A stretch of 64,000 bases of DNA from an uncultured virus (IMG/VR IMGVR_UViG_3300027708_001828) (IMGVR_UViG_3300027708_001828); one strand, 5' to 3'. Shown: positions 30,791 through 41,290, counted from the first letter of the stretch. Notes: generated by a model not told the origin, from the sequence alone. A program made the numbers and translations.

Positions 30791-31344
30791 GCCTTAGAGA
30801 ATTGACCAAAGACGCACATACTAATGCAGAGCGTCAAGAATTTGTTAAAATACTGTTCAGTGGCAATATCAATCCCAAACTGTATGCAGTATTTTTAAAA
30901 AATCAACATCCGCAGTATGAAATAGTAGAAGTGTGTGCCATGATGCATCCTGGACTGCTGTCCGGCATGCCCGATGTTCGTCGTGCCCCCCATATTCTAG
31001 CAGACTATGAGGAACTGTGGGATGATGAAACAGACGGTAAACCGCACATTTTAAAAACCACAGATAACTATTGTAAACATATCTTGAGTATCAAGGATGA
31101 TCCTAAAAAACTGATGGCACATATATATGTGCGCCATATGGGAGATCTAGCAGGCGGGCAGATGATAGCTAAGAAAGTTCCAGGTGCTGGTCGAATGTAT
31201 CAATTTGAAGATCCTGAAAAACTCAAAACAATGATACGTGAAAAAATCAGTGACGATATGGCTGACGAAGCTAAACTGTGTTTTGACTTTGCTACAGAGA
31301 CATTTAAAGAAATGTTGGAATTAGTCGAATACAAAGATGAGTAA
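30787..31344 (+). CDS. Heme oxygenase
   Basis: LRELTKDAHTNAE, AHIYVRHMGDLAGGQ. Confidence 0.9.
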   Translation: MSLRELTKDAHTNAERQEFVKILFSGNINPKLYAVFLKNQHPQYEIVEVCAMMHPGLLSGMPDVRRAPHILADYEELWDDETDGKPHILKTTDNYCKHILSIKDDPKKLMAHIYVRHMGDLAGGQMIAKKVPGAGRMYQFEDPEKLKTMIREKISDDMADEAKLCFDFATETFKEMLELVEYKDE

Positions 31345-32017
31345 AGTTTGGGATACACTAATAGATATCCAACAACTTTTAGAGGATAATTTTGAGCGCA
31401 CTGGCACTGAAGTTTTCGAGCCTGGAATGGATCGTTTTAACCAACCTGGCTGGGTTAATAGGGTATGGACTAGTGATCTCTATCGCCGTGCTCACGTTGA
31501 TGTGGTTGACGCGAGAGATACTAAAGGCCTTTGGATGATGCACTGTTGCATCTTTCCACATACACATAATCCTGCTCCAATTTACGGCTTTGATGTCATA
31601 GCTGGCAAGAACAAGATAACTGGCTGTTTTCATGATTACTCTAAAGCAGGCGATGCTGACCATCCAATGATGCAATGGTTTGCAGGAGAAGTAGCCAAAC
31701 TGGAATGGCGCAAAGAACGTGCTTTACCTGAATGGGCTACTAATATATTCAGTAAAAGTATGGTAGCCGCGGGCAATGTACAAGACGAAACAGAGCTAGA
31801 ACAGATTACCGACCTAGCTAGAACTACAGTAGCACACTATCTGAGCACAGTAGCAGAAACTAACAATACTGCTGAAAACACTACAGAAGCACAAAATTAC
31901 TATGCACAGAATCAAAAGTGTAACCCGCATACACCCCGTGTAATGGTCAGTTTAGGTCTAAGCGAAGAAGATGTTGAACATTTCATACAGGAATGCCTGT
32001 TCCCTGAAATAGTATAA
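31337..32017 (+). CDS. Ferredoxin-dependent bilin reductase (PcyA/PcyX-like)
   Basis: RRAH, MHCCIFP, PIYGFD, QKCNPHT; follows heme oxygenase. Confidence 0.85.
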   Translation: MSKVWDTLIDIQQLLEDNFERTGTEVFEPGMDRFNQPGWVNRVWTSDLYRRAHVDVVDARDTKGLWMMHCCIFPHTHNPAPIYGFDVIAGKNKITGCFHDYSKAGDADHPMMQWFAGEVAKLEWRKERALPEWATNIFSKSMVAAGNVQDETELEQITDLARTTVAHYLSTVAETNNTAENTTEAQNYYAQNQKCNPHTPRVMVSLGLSEEDVEHFIQECLFPEIV

Positions 32018-32027
32018 ATATTACACT

Positions 32028-33587
32028 ATGCGTGTAATTGACATTTTAAACGAATCTACTGATATTAATTCTGATTTGCAATCTATTATTCATTCTGTTG
32101 AAGATAATCCCGAAATAGCTCGTGAAGTTCTTCAGACGATTACTGATATGACAGATCAAATTGAGCAAGTCTTACAGACTGAACCAACGCCTGCAGTTAA
32201 TCCCCAACTGCAACCCCAGCCCCAACAACAACCTGAACAAGAACTAGAACCTGAACTAGATCAAGAATATGATGATGCAACAGACTCGTATCCAGGACAA
32301 CCAAACGGCCCAGAACAACACCCAGAGCAACCTTTGTATGAAAATGACGATACTGCTATCTTAACACTTGAACAGGAATTAAACAAATTCAAAAAATACC
32401 ATGACCTGCTGATTGCTCAAGGGTTGATTGATGACGCTAATGAATTTGCATCGGCCATAGCTAATTTAAAAAATGAAATAGACAGCAGAACAAATCCGGA
32501 TGTTACTCGAGACGAAGTAGAAAAAAATATTACTGCTAGAGTAAAAAAACTTTCGCAACTGACCGATCTAAAGGTAAAAAAAGCTGTAGGTTCGGCATTG
32601 GCAACTGCATGGTTTAACGGTAAGGAACGTGGAATAGGCCATCAACTAATTTATCAATTTCTAGATGATTGTGCAGATGACAGTACCAAGCCAATTGATT
32701 TACCTACTATAGTTGCCAATGGCGGCGATGGTACGTTGGTTCCTTCAAGCAGTCCATATTTTAATTTATTAATCGATCTTGGTAAAATAAATCCCGGATC
32801 AGGAAACTCCGCATCTGGTCAAGGTGAATGGATGCTGGTGCTAGCGGGTAAAAATACTGAAAAGATCCATCCGGGAGACATTGGGATAGTAAGACCAGAT
32901 GGACCATCTCTCAAAATCGAAGTAAAAGCATCTGATAGTCCTAAAGAAGATTATGCACAAAAAGGCGGTACAGGAGTTAGTGATTTTGTACTCAGTTGTG
33001 GGAAACTTGATGTACGCAAAGCAAAAGAGATAATGGAGTTCTGGACCAATGAGGTATTAGGACAGAGTCATGTAGTTCCTGCACTGGGCGATAAGAATAT
33101 TTCAGCTCTTAATGAAACAGTCTTTATGCCAATGAATGCGAAAAGGGCTGGTAGTGTACAAAAAATGTTCAAAGAAATGTATCTAGCTGTTGCACCAGAG
33201 CCCAGTATGCTTCAGTATATCAATAACATTGTAGAATCTATTCCTAAAAATGGCAAAATTGATTACAAAACAACCAGCGCACATGTGGCAGTACTGGCGG
33301 CTGCGCATTATCAATTAATTAACAAACACCAATCATTATTACTGTTAAATATTCCAACACTAAGTTACTCTGTTGTCAACGATCCAGCTACTATGCAGGA
33401 TCTAATAGCTAGCTTAGAAGAAAATATAACTATTTCGTCTATAATTGATTTTAGACCAAACCCTAGCGCATTGGCAACATTTAAAAAAATAATAGCCAAA
33501 GTTCCAAAAAAGAAAAAAACTGAATCAATTTCTGAACACAGACAAGCTCTTGCAGAAGTTGACAGTCTTCTCCGCAAACTATTTTAA
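32028..33587 (+). CDS. Hypothetical protein, possible PD-(D/E)xK-like domain
   Basis: GQGE...GDI...IEVK; MRVIDILNE N-terminus. Confidence 0.55.
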   Translation: MRVIDILNESTDINSDLQSIIHSVEDNPEIAREVLQTITDMTDQIEQVLQTEPTPAVNPQLQPQPQQQPEQELEPELDQEYDDATDSYPGQPNGPEQHPEQPLYENDDTAILTLEQELNKFKKYHDLLIAQGLIDDANEFASAIANLKNEIDSRTNPDVTRDEVEKNITARVKKLSQLTDLKVKKAVGSALATAWFNGKERGIGHQLIYQFLDDCADDSTKPIDLPTIVANGGDGTLVPSSSPYFNLLIDLGKINPGSGNSASGQGEWMLVLAGKNTEKIHPGDIGIVRPDGPSLKIEVKASDSPKEDYAQKGGTGVSDFVLSCGKLDVRKAKEIMEFWTNEVLGQSHVVPALGDKNISALNETVFMPMNAKRAGSVQKMFKEMYLAVAPEPSMLQYINNIVESIPKNGKIDYKTTSAHVAVLAAAHYQLINKHQSLLLLNIPTLSYSVVNDPATMQDLIASLEENITISSIIDFRPNPSALATFKKIIAKVPKKKKTESISEHRQALAEVDSLLRKLF

Positions 33588-33676
33588 TATATTAGTAATC
33601 TGCGTATATAATACACTAGTATAATTCTCTGTTCTCACGGCTTAAATAATAATAAGACCTAGTGGGAGCGAAGACC

Positions 33677-34123
33677 ATGTCTAAATTGGCGATACTATTG
33701 CTATCCTTAATGCCTATTGTGTGTGTTTCTGCACCCATAGGCGACTATCAATTCAAAAGCCCTAGCTTTAACGGTGTAGGTTACAGTTCTCACGTGCTTA
33801 CTATCGAAAATCAAGAATTCACTCGACAGGTACAAGTTAAGAAAGATATACAAGCCGCATTAGACAAAGCCAAAGCTGACGCGGCTAACACCAACATATC
33901 TAAGTTTCTAAACAACTTGGAAAGTCGTATCTATGCACAGATCAGTCAAAATTTAGCCACTGCCATGTTTGCCAATGGCGGCACTAACAGCGGCACATTA
34001 AACTTTGAGGGTAATACTATATTCTGGTCAAAGGATGGCACGGCCGTAACAATGACAGTCACCGATGTCACTGGAAATCAGACCACTGTAGTAATTCCTC
34101 TAAGTCAATTCCAATTCCAATAA
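33677..34123 (+). CDS. csgF: Curli assembly protein CsgF-like
   Basis: Signal peptide, YQFKSPSFNG; adjacent to csgG. Confidence 0.75.
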   Translation: MSKLAILLLSLMPIVCVSAPIGDYQFKSPSFNGVGYSSHVLTIENQEFTRQVQVKKDIQAALDKAKADAANTNISKFLNNLESRIYAQISQNLATAMFANGGTNSGTLNFEGNTIFWSKDGTAVTMTVTDVTGNQTTVVIPLSQFQFQ

Positions 34124-34124
34124 T

Positions 34125-35360
34125 ATGAAAAAGATTCTACTTGCACTTATTGTTGTGATGCTGAGTGGATGTGCAGTGATCCAAAGCACAGGGTTGACTG
34201 AAGTAGATCCCACATTGACAACTCAACGTGTTAATATCAAAAAAGAATTTGATAATATGCCTGCGCCAGCTAACGGCAAACCTGTCAGTGTTGCAGTTTA
34301 TGGATTTACAGATAAAACAGGACAACGTAGACCACAACCAAATGTGGCCAGTTTGAGTACAGCAGTTACACAAGGCGCTGAAACATTCTTGATACAGGCC
34401 TTGCAAGGTGTTGGACAAGGTCGCTGGTTTGAAGTAGTGGAACGTGTGGGTATTGATAACCTCACTAAAGAACGTACCATCATTAGACAGATGCGCGAAG
34501 CATACGAAGGTGCCAATGCCAAACCTTTGATGCCTATGCAATTTGCAGGTATAATCATGGAGGGCGGTATTGTAGGATATGATGCTACATCTACCAGCGG
34601 CGGCGCTGGCATGCGTATATTTGGTATTGGCAAACAAACACAGTGGTCAACAGACACAGTGACCATTAGTTTACGTGCTGTCAGTGTCAATACAGGTAAG
34701 GTGTTAGCTGTGGTTACTGTACAAAAAACTATTTTATCAACAGCAGATAGTGCAACAGCATTGAAGTTCTTTGATCAGGGCACACAGGCATTTGAAGCAG
34801 AGATGGGTCTAACAATCAACGAGCCAGGAACCTATGCAGTCAAGGCCGCAACAGAGATGGCTGTAGTTGAGTTGATCAAAGAAGGAGCAAGAAAAGGCAT
34901 ATGGGAATACAAGCCGGACACTCCGGTAGTTTTACCAGCACCTGTAGTTGAAAAGAAAGCTCCAGTAATCAGTAGCGAGATTAAGAAAGAAGTAGAGGAG
35001 AAGAAAGATGTCGTGGTTCAACCGCAGGCCGTGCCCGAAACAAAAACAGAAACCATACCCAGTGCCCCCGCAGAAGTAAAGGTTGAAGAAAAGAAAGCTG
35101 AAGTAAAGAAAGACAATGTCAAACCCAACGAAACAAAAATAGCACAAGATACTGCTAGATCGTTATTTGGCAAACGTAAATTGAAAGAAGATTCTTATTT
35201 GTATTCGGAGCAGGATTATACAAGCGTTAAGAAGTGGCAGTTCAAGAAAGGCACAGTGGTAGATGTAAGACAGCCTGGAAGTGAAGGCTGGTTTAGAGTA
35301 ACAGACAGTGAATCAAGGGGCGGATGGATTCGTACAGAGCAGTTAGAGGAAGTAAAATAA
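34125..35360 (+). CDS. csgG: Curli secretion channel CsgG with C-terminal SH3-like domain
   Basis: Lipobox LSGC, VAVYGFTDKTGQ, STAVTQGA, VVER..DNLTKER. Confidence 0.9.
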   Translation: MKKILLALIVVMLSGCAVIQSTGLTEVDPTLTTQRVNIKKEFDNMPAPANGKPVSVAVYGFTDKTGQRRPQPNVASLSTAVTQGAETFLIQALQGVGQGRWFEVVERVGIDNLTKERTIIRQMREAYEGANAKPLMPMQFAGIIMEGGIVGYDATSTSGGAGMRIFGIGKQTQWSTDTVTISLRAVSVNTGKVLAVVTVQKTILSTADSATALKFFDQGTQAFEAEMGLTINEPGTYAVKAATEMAVVELIKEGARKGIWEYKPDTPVVLPAPVVEKKAPVISSEIKKEVEEKKDVVVQPQAVPETKTETIPSAPAEVKVEEKKAEVKKDNVKPNETKIAQDTARSLFGKRKLKEDSYLYSEQDYTSVKKWQFKKGTVVDVRQPGSEGWFRVTDSESRGGWIRTEQLEEVK

Positions 35361-35582
35361 GGTGTTGTTTTTTTAACAGTGTTGATTTTTTTACACCTTA
35401 GATGTAACGAAAAAATAACAGCAGTACTAAATTAAAGTCAACAATGTAGTAAATATTTTACAAAGGAAAAAGATGTAGCGAGAACAGTAGTACTAAAGGA
35501 ACAGAGTTCCAAGGAGCGATGAGGGGATAAACTAAGCGTTTGTAAACAGTTACAAACAAGGTGTTCCAACCCAAATCAAGTA

Positions 35583-36506
35583 ATGATGATGAAAACATCA
35601 AGTTTAAAAGGCGCTGGTAAGTTGTCGCGAAAATTACTTACAATTCTTATGGTGTCTGCAATGCCACCATTGGGCTATGCTGTTGACAACAGTATCTACA
35701 TCGATCAGACGGGGAGTAATGCTGTGATTAATATTACTCAGGATGGTGCAGGTAATACAGTTAAAGCATTGACAAGCAACAGAACAGATGCGGCTATAAT
35801 TAATGCCGATGGTGCTAATATTGCAATAACACAAGTTGGATCGGGCAACACAGTATCGTTAGGAGTATCGGCATCAGTAACAAGTGGTATATCTACCGAT
35901 ATTACATATTCTACAGGTACCAGTGGAGTAACCGGATCAACAGCCATATTCAATGTTAATGCAGGTGGTACTCAATCAAATGCAAGCAAGACCAGTATTA
36001 ATGTGTTACAAACTGGCAACAGCTCTAAATTTGAAGCCGATGTCACAGGTACGGGCAATAGTATAAGTGCTACCACAGCAGGACCAAGTGACGATGTGTA
36101 TTCTAAAATGCGTGGAAGCAGTAACACAGCCAATGTCAGTTTTAGCGGTACCGGCGGCTCAAACCAAGCAGTACTTGATCAATCAGGTAGCGGCAGTAAT
36201 GCCATTGGAATCAATGCAAGTAGTACAGGTAACTATTTTGGTGTAACACAAGTTGGTAGTTTGAATACTGTTACAGTTGGCGGATACACATCCGGTGCGT
36301 TAGCAGGCGATGACAACACTGTGTTAATTCAACAAAATGGTACAAGTAACTTGGCTAATTTAGGAATTACAGGTGCTAGTAATAGTGTTAATATTAACCA
36401 AGGCGGCACCGGCCAAGATGCTAATGTAAAAATTAGCGGCGCAAGTAACACTGTTAACATTAGTCAAGGCGCTGGCAGTAATTTGTTAACTCCGCTATCT
36501 CGTTAA
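35583..36506 (+). CDS. Curlin-repeat-like secreted protein
   Basis: Signal peptide; repeated QxGxxN units. Confidence 0.7.
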   Translation: MMMKTSSLKGAGKLSRKLLTILMVSAMPPLGYAVDNSIYIDQTGSNAVINITQDGAGNTVKALTSNRTDAAIINADGANIAITQVGSGNTVSLGVSASVTSGISTDITYSTGTSGVTGSTAIFNVNAGGTQSNASKTSINVLQTGNSSKFEADVTGTGNSISATTAGPSDDVYSKMRGSSNTANVSFSGTGGSNQAVLDQSGSGSNAIGINASSTGNYFGVTQVGSLNTVTVGGYTSGALAGDDNTVLIQQNGTSNLANLGITGASNSVNINQGGTGQDANVKISGASNTVNISQGAGSNLLTPLSR

Positions 36507-36507
36507 C

Positions 36508-37632
36508 ATGGTTAAATTTTTAATAGGCGTTGTAGCTCTGTTAGCAATCTCACAGAGCTACGCGGCTATTGGCACCATAACTGAACAAGTGAACGCGGCA
36601 CCAACAGTAACACGCAAAACTCAAAATATAGTTGGAACCAAAGGCACTGGTATGGAGATGAACGATACTGTTCGCACAACTCAGGGCAAGGTTGGGATAA
36701 CATTCGAAGATCAGACCAAAGTACAAGTAAATGAAAACAGCAAACTAGTCATTGATGACTTTGTATACGATGCCAAGAAAGGCGCAGGTAAACTATCTCT
36801 TAATATGGCGTTGGGCACTGTGCGCTATGCATCAGGACAGATAGCCAAAAATAATCCGCAGAATGTGGGTATCACTACACCAAGTGCCACTGTCAGTGTG
36901 CGTGGTACAGACTTTACTGCTACAGTAGATGAACTGGGTCGTAGTACATTTATTCTATTACCCAGCTGTCCCAGTGATAGACTAACTCGTACTGTTAGCG
37001 ATATTGAAACAAACTGCAAAGTTGGAGAGATTATTGTTGAAAGTGATGCTGGCCAAGTCGTATTAAATCAGGCGTTTCAAGCTACTAGAGTAGATAATAG
37101 AGGCACACCTCCTAGCCCGCCTGTCATATTAAAACTTAGCGAAGGTGCCATCAACAACATGATGATTGTTGCTCCTCCTAAAGAATTAAATCAAGATCAG
37201 CAAAAAACTAACACAAAATTTGAAATGAAAAATGCATTAGACATGAATTTTCTCAAAGAACAAGGGCTTGCTAATGTGTTGGATCAGCAACAGCAAGAAG
37301 TATACCAAGACAAACTAGCACGTAATTTCCTTGATCAGAACTTTCTTGCAAATATACTAGACATTATCGATAGTATGATGAAGGCACAGATGAATTTATT
37401 AAATACTACAAGTAATAGATTACTTCCAGATTACAATGCTCTAACCGGGATTGTGGTAGACATACAAGAACCCAAGATCACACTGAGCAGGGATGATGGC
37501 AGTAATGTGATGAGTGTAACTACTCCTACAAGTCAAAATACCACGATCTACATGACACAAGGTGCCATGGATACTATTAAGAATAGAGTTAATAGCGGAG
37601 GCAGCACAGTTATAACGCTGATACAGAGATGA
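36508..37632 (+). CDS. FecR-domain protein
   Basis: D.VRT..G.V.I.F.D, TPSATVSVRGTDF. Confidence 0.85.
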   Translation: MVKFLIGVVALLAISQSYAAIGTITEQVNAAPTVTRKTQNIVGTKGTGMEMNDTVRTTQGKVGITFEDQTKVQVNENSKLVIDDFVYDAKKGAGKLSLNMALGTVRYASGQIAKNNPQNVGITTPSATVSVRGTDFTATVDELGRSTFILLPSCPSDRLTRTVSDIETNCKVGEIIVESDAGQVVLNQAFQATRVDNRGTPPSPPVILKLSEGAINNMMIVAPPKELNQDQQKTNTKFEMKNALDMNFLKEQGLANVLDQQQQEVYQDKLARNFLDQNFLANILDIIDSMMKAQMNLLNTTSNRLLPDYNALTGIVVDIQEPKITLSRDDGSNVMSVTTPTSQNTTIYMTQGAMDTIKNRVNSGGSTVITLIQR

Positions 37633-37792
37633 TAAGACAATCAAATTCCAGTTACGTTGAATCGCAAAGACGCAGACAAAAAGAAAAAGAAGCGATAGCT
37701 CGTGATAACTTAATCAAAGGTATGATAATAGCTCCTATATATTTGTTAGCTTGGTTTCCTATAGTGTGGATAATATCTAAGGTATTTGGCAA

Positions 37793-38380
37793 ATGAAATT
37801 CTTAATAGTTGCGATAGTCATATCTATGGCCGGTTTGCAATGTTCAAACACTAAGGCTGCCGATAATACTATTATCATCGATCAAATAGGTAGCGGCAAC
37901 ACGACTACAATAGTTCAAGATGGCAGTGGCAATACTGCCAGTGTAACAGCTGGATCTACTAGTGCTGTTGATTATAATGTGTTTGCCATAACACAACAGG
38001 GTAATAATAAGACTGCAAGTATAGAACTAAAATCAGGAATTAATAACACATTTAATATACAACAAGATGGCACAGGTAATCATAATGCTAGTATACAAAA
38101 CATGATCGGATCGGGTAATAATGTTACAGTAACACAGCAAGGCGCAGGCAATCATACTCTTACAGTTACCAATCCAAACAATGCTACTAACAATGGCAAT
38201 ACTGTAACAGCAACACAAACGGGCGGAACAGGCGCCGACAAAACATTCAATTTATATTTTAATGGTGCTACAGGTGCCGGTGTTACTATCAATCAAACTA
38301 ATCCTACACAACCGGATCAAGCAGGTATGAACATACAATGCAATCCGTGTGGGTCAGGATGGAGCTATACTAAGTTTTAA
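37793..38380 (+). CDS. Curlin-repeat-like secreted protein
   Basis: Signal peptide; QIGSGN, QDGSGN, QQGNN, QDGTGN repeats. Confidence 0.75.
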   Translation: MKFLIVAIVISMAGLQCSNTKAADNTIIIDQIGSGNTTTIVQDGSGNTASVTAGSTSAVDYNVFAITQQGNNKTASIELKSGINNTFNIQQDGTGNHNASIQNMIGSGNNVTVTQQGAGNHTLTVTNPNNATNNGNTVTATQTGGTGADKTFNLYFNGATGAGVTINQTNPTQPDQAGMNIQCNPCGSGWSYTKF

Positions 38381-38477
38381 GAGATAAATAAAGTACGGGC
38401 ACAAAATAGGGTGTCGCTGGAACCCGTAATCAGCACTGGACCATTTTGGTCCTTTTTTACCCCTGAAGGAGTCTGGT

Positions 38478-38609
38478 ATGAAAGTTAAAAAATTAGTAAT
38501 GAAACTTAACAAAGCCGAAGTTGAGCATAATTTAAAGAAAGTTAAAGAGTTTTGGTTTAAGTTGTTAAAGAAAAGTTTAAAACACAAGCACACAGAATCA
38601 GTAAGATAA
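38478..38609 (+). CDS. Small basic protein (43 aa)
   Basis: MKVKKLVMKLNKAEVEHNLKKVKEFWFKLLKKSLKHKHTESVR; AAGGAG RBS. Confidence 0.55.
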   Translation: MKVKKLVMKLNKAEVEHNLKKVKEFWFKLLKKSLKHKHTESVR

Positions 38610-38628
38610 TTGTAACATTCTTGTAACA
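38610..38628 (+). promoter_or_regulatory. Pho-box-like direct repeat
   Basis: TTGTAACA repeated at 11-bp spacing. Confidence 0.5.
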
Positions 38629-38658
38629 ACAGTAACTCAATACTGCGATAAATATGGT

Positions 38659-39429
38659 ATGACACCGAAAACTTATCGCAGTATTTTTATTTCCGATGTA
38701 CACTTAGGCACACGCGACTGCCAAGCTGGCAAACTCAACAACTTTCTCAAACACAACACCTGCGAAACATTGTATCTTGTAGGAGATATCATTGATGCGT
38801 GGAAAATCCAACAAAACAAATGGCGATGGAAACAGGCGCATACCAATGTCGTTCGTAGGGTTCTTGGTCACGCTAAACGTGGCACTAGGGTTGTATACGT
38901 GGCTGGAAATCATGACGAATTCCTGCGCCCGATGATACCATATGGATTTAGCTTTGGACTTGTAGAAATACACAATCAAACCGAACACATAGGCGCAGAC
39001 GGCAAGCATTATCTTGTTACACACGGAGATTTGTTCGACGGAATTACCCGACTCGCGCCATGGCTGGCGTTTTTAGGTGATAAATTATACGATCTTGTGC
39101 TAGATTGGAACAGTAGATTCAACTGGGTTCGCCACAAATTAGGCTTCGGTTACTGGAGTTTGAGTAAATATCTAAAGCATAAAGTCAAGAAGGCATCGGA
39201 CTTTATGTTTCAATTTGAACGTAATTTAGCGGGCTACTGTAAGAAACGTGGCTATGATGGCGTGATATGCGGACATATACATCACGCAGAAATCAAACAA
39301 ATAGACGGTGTTACTTACATGAATGACGGTGACTGGGTAGAAAGTTGTACAGCATTAGTAGAACATCACGACGGCACCTGGGAAATTGTTACATGGACAC
39401 AAGAAAATGACCGTACTACTACTGACTAA
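38659..39429 (+). CDS. Metallophosphoesterase, PlcP/LpxH-like
   Basis: ISDVHLG, GDIID, GNHD, HGD, GHIH, NDGDWVE. Confidence 0.88.
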   Translation: MTPKTYRSIFISDVHLGTRDCQAGKLNNFLKHNTCETLYLVGDIIDAWKIQQNKWRWKQAHTNVVRRVLGHAKRGTRVVYVAGNHDEFLRPMIPYGFSFGLVEIHNQTEHIGADGKHYLVTHGDLFDGITRLAPWLAFLGDKLYDLVLDWNSRFNWVRHKLGFGYWSLSKYLKHKVKKASDFMFQFERNLAGYCKKRGYDGVICGHIHHAEIKQIDGVTYMNDGDWVESCTALVEHHDGTWEIVTWTQENDRTTTD

Positions 39430-40285
39430 ACAAAAGTCCGGATATGAGCGCAAGAGGCTAGAGCATAGCTTTGCTGAGAAGAAAATGGATGTGTTGATCA
39501 GCCATCCTAGCAAATTTGACATTGTACTCACTAGCGTAGTAAGTCAAAGTGTCAAACATTTGGGCAAAGATTTCCCCTGGCCCGAATTGGTCTTGACTCG
39601 TTCAGGCGCTGGTGAAAATAGTTTTAATCTTGCACTGCTCAGAGAATTTGAACAAGCTCTTGTTCCTGTGATCAATACAGCTGGCAGTATTGAAATAGCC
39701 CGCGACAAACTGCGCACCAATCAAATATTGGCAAACAACGGCCTACATGTTCCCAGAACAATGATGTTTAGATTTCCTGTAGACTACGATCTAGTTGAAA
39801 AGGAAATTGGATTTCCTTGTGTTGTCAAAGTAGTTACAGGGAGTCAAGGTAATGGAGTTTACCTGTGCGATACTAGAAAAGAATTTAAAAAATTAATGGG
39901 CATTGCAATTGGCCTCGGCAACAAAAAAACTTTGATTGTACAGGAATATCTAAACGAGAGAGTTGGGGAAGATTTACGTGTACTTGTAGTAGGCGGCAAG
40001 GTAATAGGCGCCATGCGTCGCATCAGTAACAACGATTTTCGTGCCAACATTAGCCAAGGCGGATATGGTGAACCATTTAAAGTTACTGAAGAGATAGATT
40101 TTCTCAGCAGAGAAAGTGCTAAGATATTGGGGTTAGATATTGCAGGAGTTGACTTGCTATTCAACAAAGGAAGTTTTAGTATATGCGAAGTTAATAGCAA
40201 TCCCGGATTCAAAGGATTTGAAACTTATTGCAATGTAGATGTAGCAGATGCTATAACAGAATACGTAAAGTTTAGGATTCAATGA
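39407..40285 (+). CDS. RimK-family ATP-grasp ligase
   Basis: GSQGNGV, QEY, DLRV, FRANIS, EVNSNPG. Confidence 0.9.
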   Translation: MTVLLLTKQKSGYERKRLEHSFAEKKMDVLISHPSKFDIVLTSVVSQSVKHLGKDFPWPELVLTRSGAGENSFNLALLREFEQALVPVINTAGSIEIARDKLRTNQILANNGLHVPRTMMFRFPVDYDLVEKEIGFPCVVKVVTGSQGNGVYLCDTRKEFKKLMGIAIGLGNKKTLIVQEYLNERVGEDLRVLVVGGKVIGAMRRISNNDFRANISQGGYGEPFKVTEEIDFLSRESAKILGLDIAGVDLLFNKGSFSICEVNSNPGFKGFETYCNVDVADAITEYVKFRIQ

Positions 40286-41283
40286 CAAAAACTATTTTAA
40301 TTATCACAGATAATCTAAAGGACCAGATCAATGGTGTTGTTACGACTTACAAAAATATTGAGACGTGTGCTGTTCGTGACGGTTATAACGTTGTGGTGTT
40401 GGATCCCGGGTGGTTCCGCTACATTGATTGTCCTGGCTACAACGAAGTCAAGATTGCCTATCCCCGGAACCTCGGCAAGAAGATTGAGGAGATATCTCCG
40501 GATTATATCCATATCGCCACAGAGGGTCCTTTGGGTTTGTGGGCTCGAGCATATCTTTCATTGGGTAATATTCGCCACAATACCGCTTATCACACTAAGT
40601 TTCCTGAAGGGCTCCGAAAGCTATTTGGCGTACCTGAGTCACTTACCTGGAGATTTGTACGCTGGTTTCATAAGCATAGTGGCAAAGTTTTAACAACTAC
40701 AGACTCAATGGTTAAGGAATTAAAGGCACATGGATTTGATGGCGAAGTTATTCCATGGACTCGTGGGGTTGATCGTACAATCTTTACTCCAGCACTTAGA
40801 GAAGAAGTTCTAGCAAAATATTTGCTGTGTGTTAGCCGTGTGAGTAAGGAAAAGAATTTAGAAAAGTTTTTTGAGCTAGACTATCCTGGCTATTTAAAAA
40901 TAATGGTAGGCGATGGACCTATGCTAGAAACTTACAAGAAAAAATATCCCGATGTACATTTTACAGGATTTAAAACAGGTGTAGATTTAGCTCGATACTA
41001 TGCCAACGCTGAAGTGTTTGTATTTCCTAGTCAATGGGAAACATTTGGTATTGTAATGATAGAAGCAATGGCCTGCGGAACTCCCGTAGCCGCGTTTCCA
41101 TGTCAAGGTCCGGAAGATGTTATTGATCAAGGCGTAACTGGATTTATGAATGAAAGTCTAGAGGATGCTGTTACAGGTTGTTTACAATTAAACAGAGGTT
41201 ATGTTGAAATGGGTAGTCAACGTTGGACTTGGGAAAAGGCTTGGCAAATATTCCGTGACAACCTAGTGGAAAAATCCAGATAA
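40282..41283 (+). CDS. GT4 glycosyltransferase (Agt-like glycolipid synthase)
   Basis: QINGVV, HIATEGPLG, RVSKEKN, ETFGIVMIEAMACG. Confidence 0.88.
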   Translation: MTKTILIITDNLKDQINGVVTTYKNIETCAVRDGYNVVVLDPGWFRYIDCPGYNEVKIAYPRNLGKKIEEISPDYIHIATEGPLGLWARAYLSLGNIRHNTAYHTKFPEGLRKLFGVPESLTWRFVRWFHKHSGKVLTTTDSMVKELKAHGFDGEVIPWTRGVDRTIFTPALREEVLAKYLLCVSRVSKEKNLEKFFELDYPGYLKIMVGDGPMLETYKKKYPDVHFTGFKTGVDLARYYANAEVFVFPSQWETFGIVMIEAMACGTPVAAFPCQGPEDVIDQGVTGFMNESLEDAVTGCLQLNRGYVEMGSQRWTWEKAWQIFRDNLVEKSR

Positions 41284-41290
41284 ATACTGG

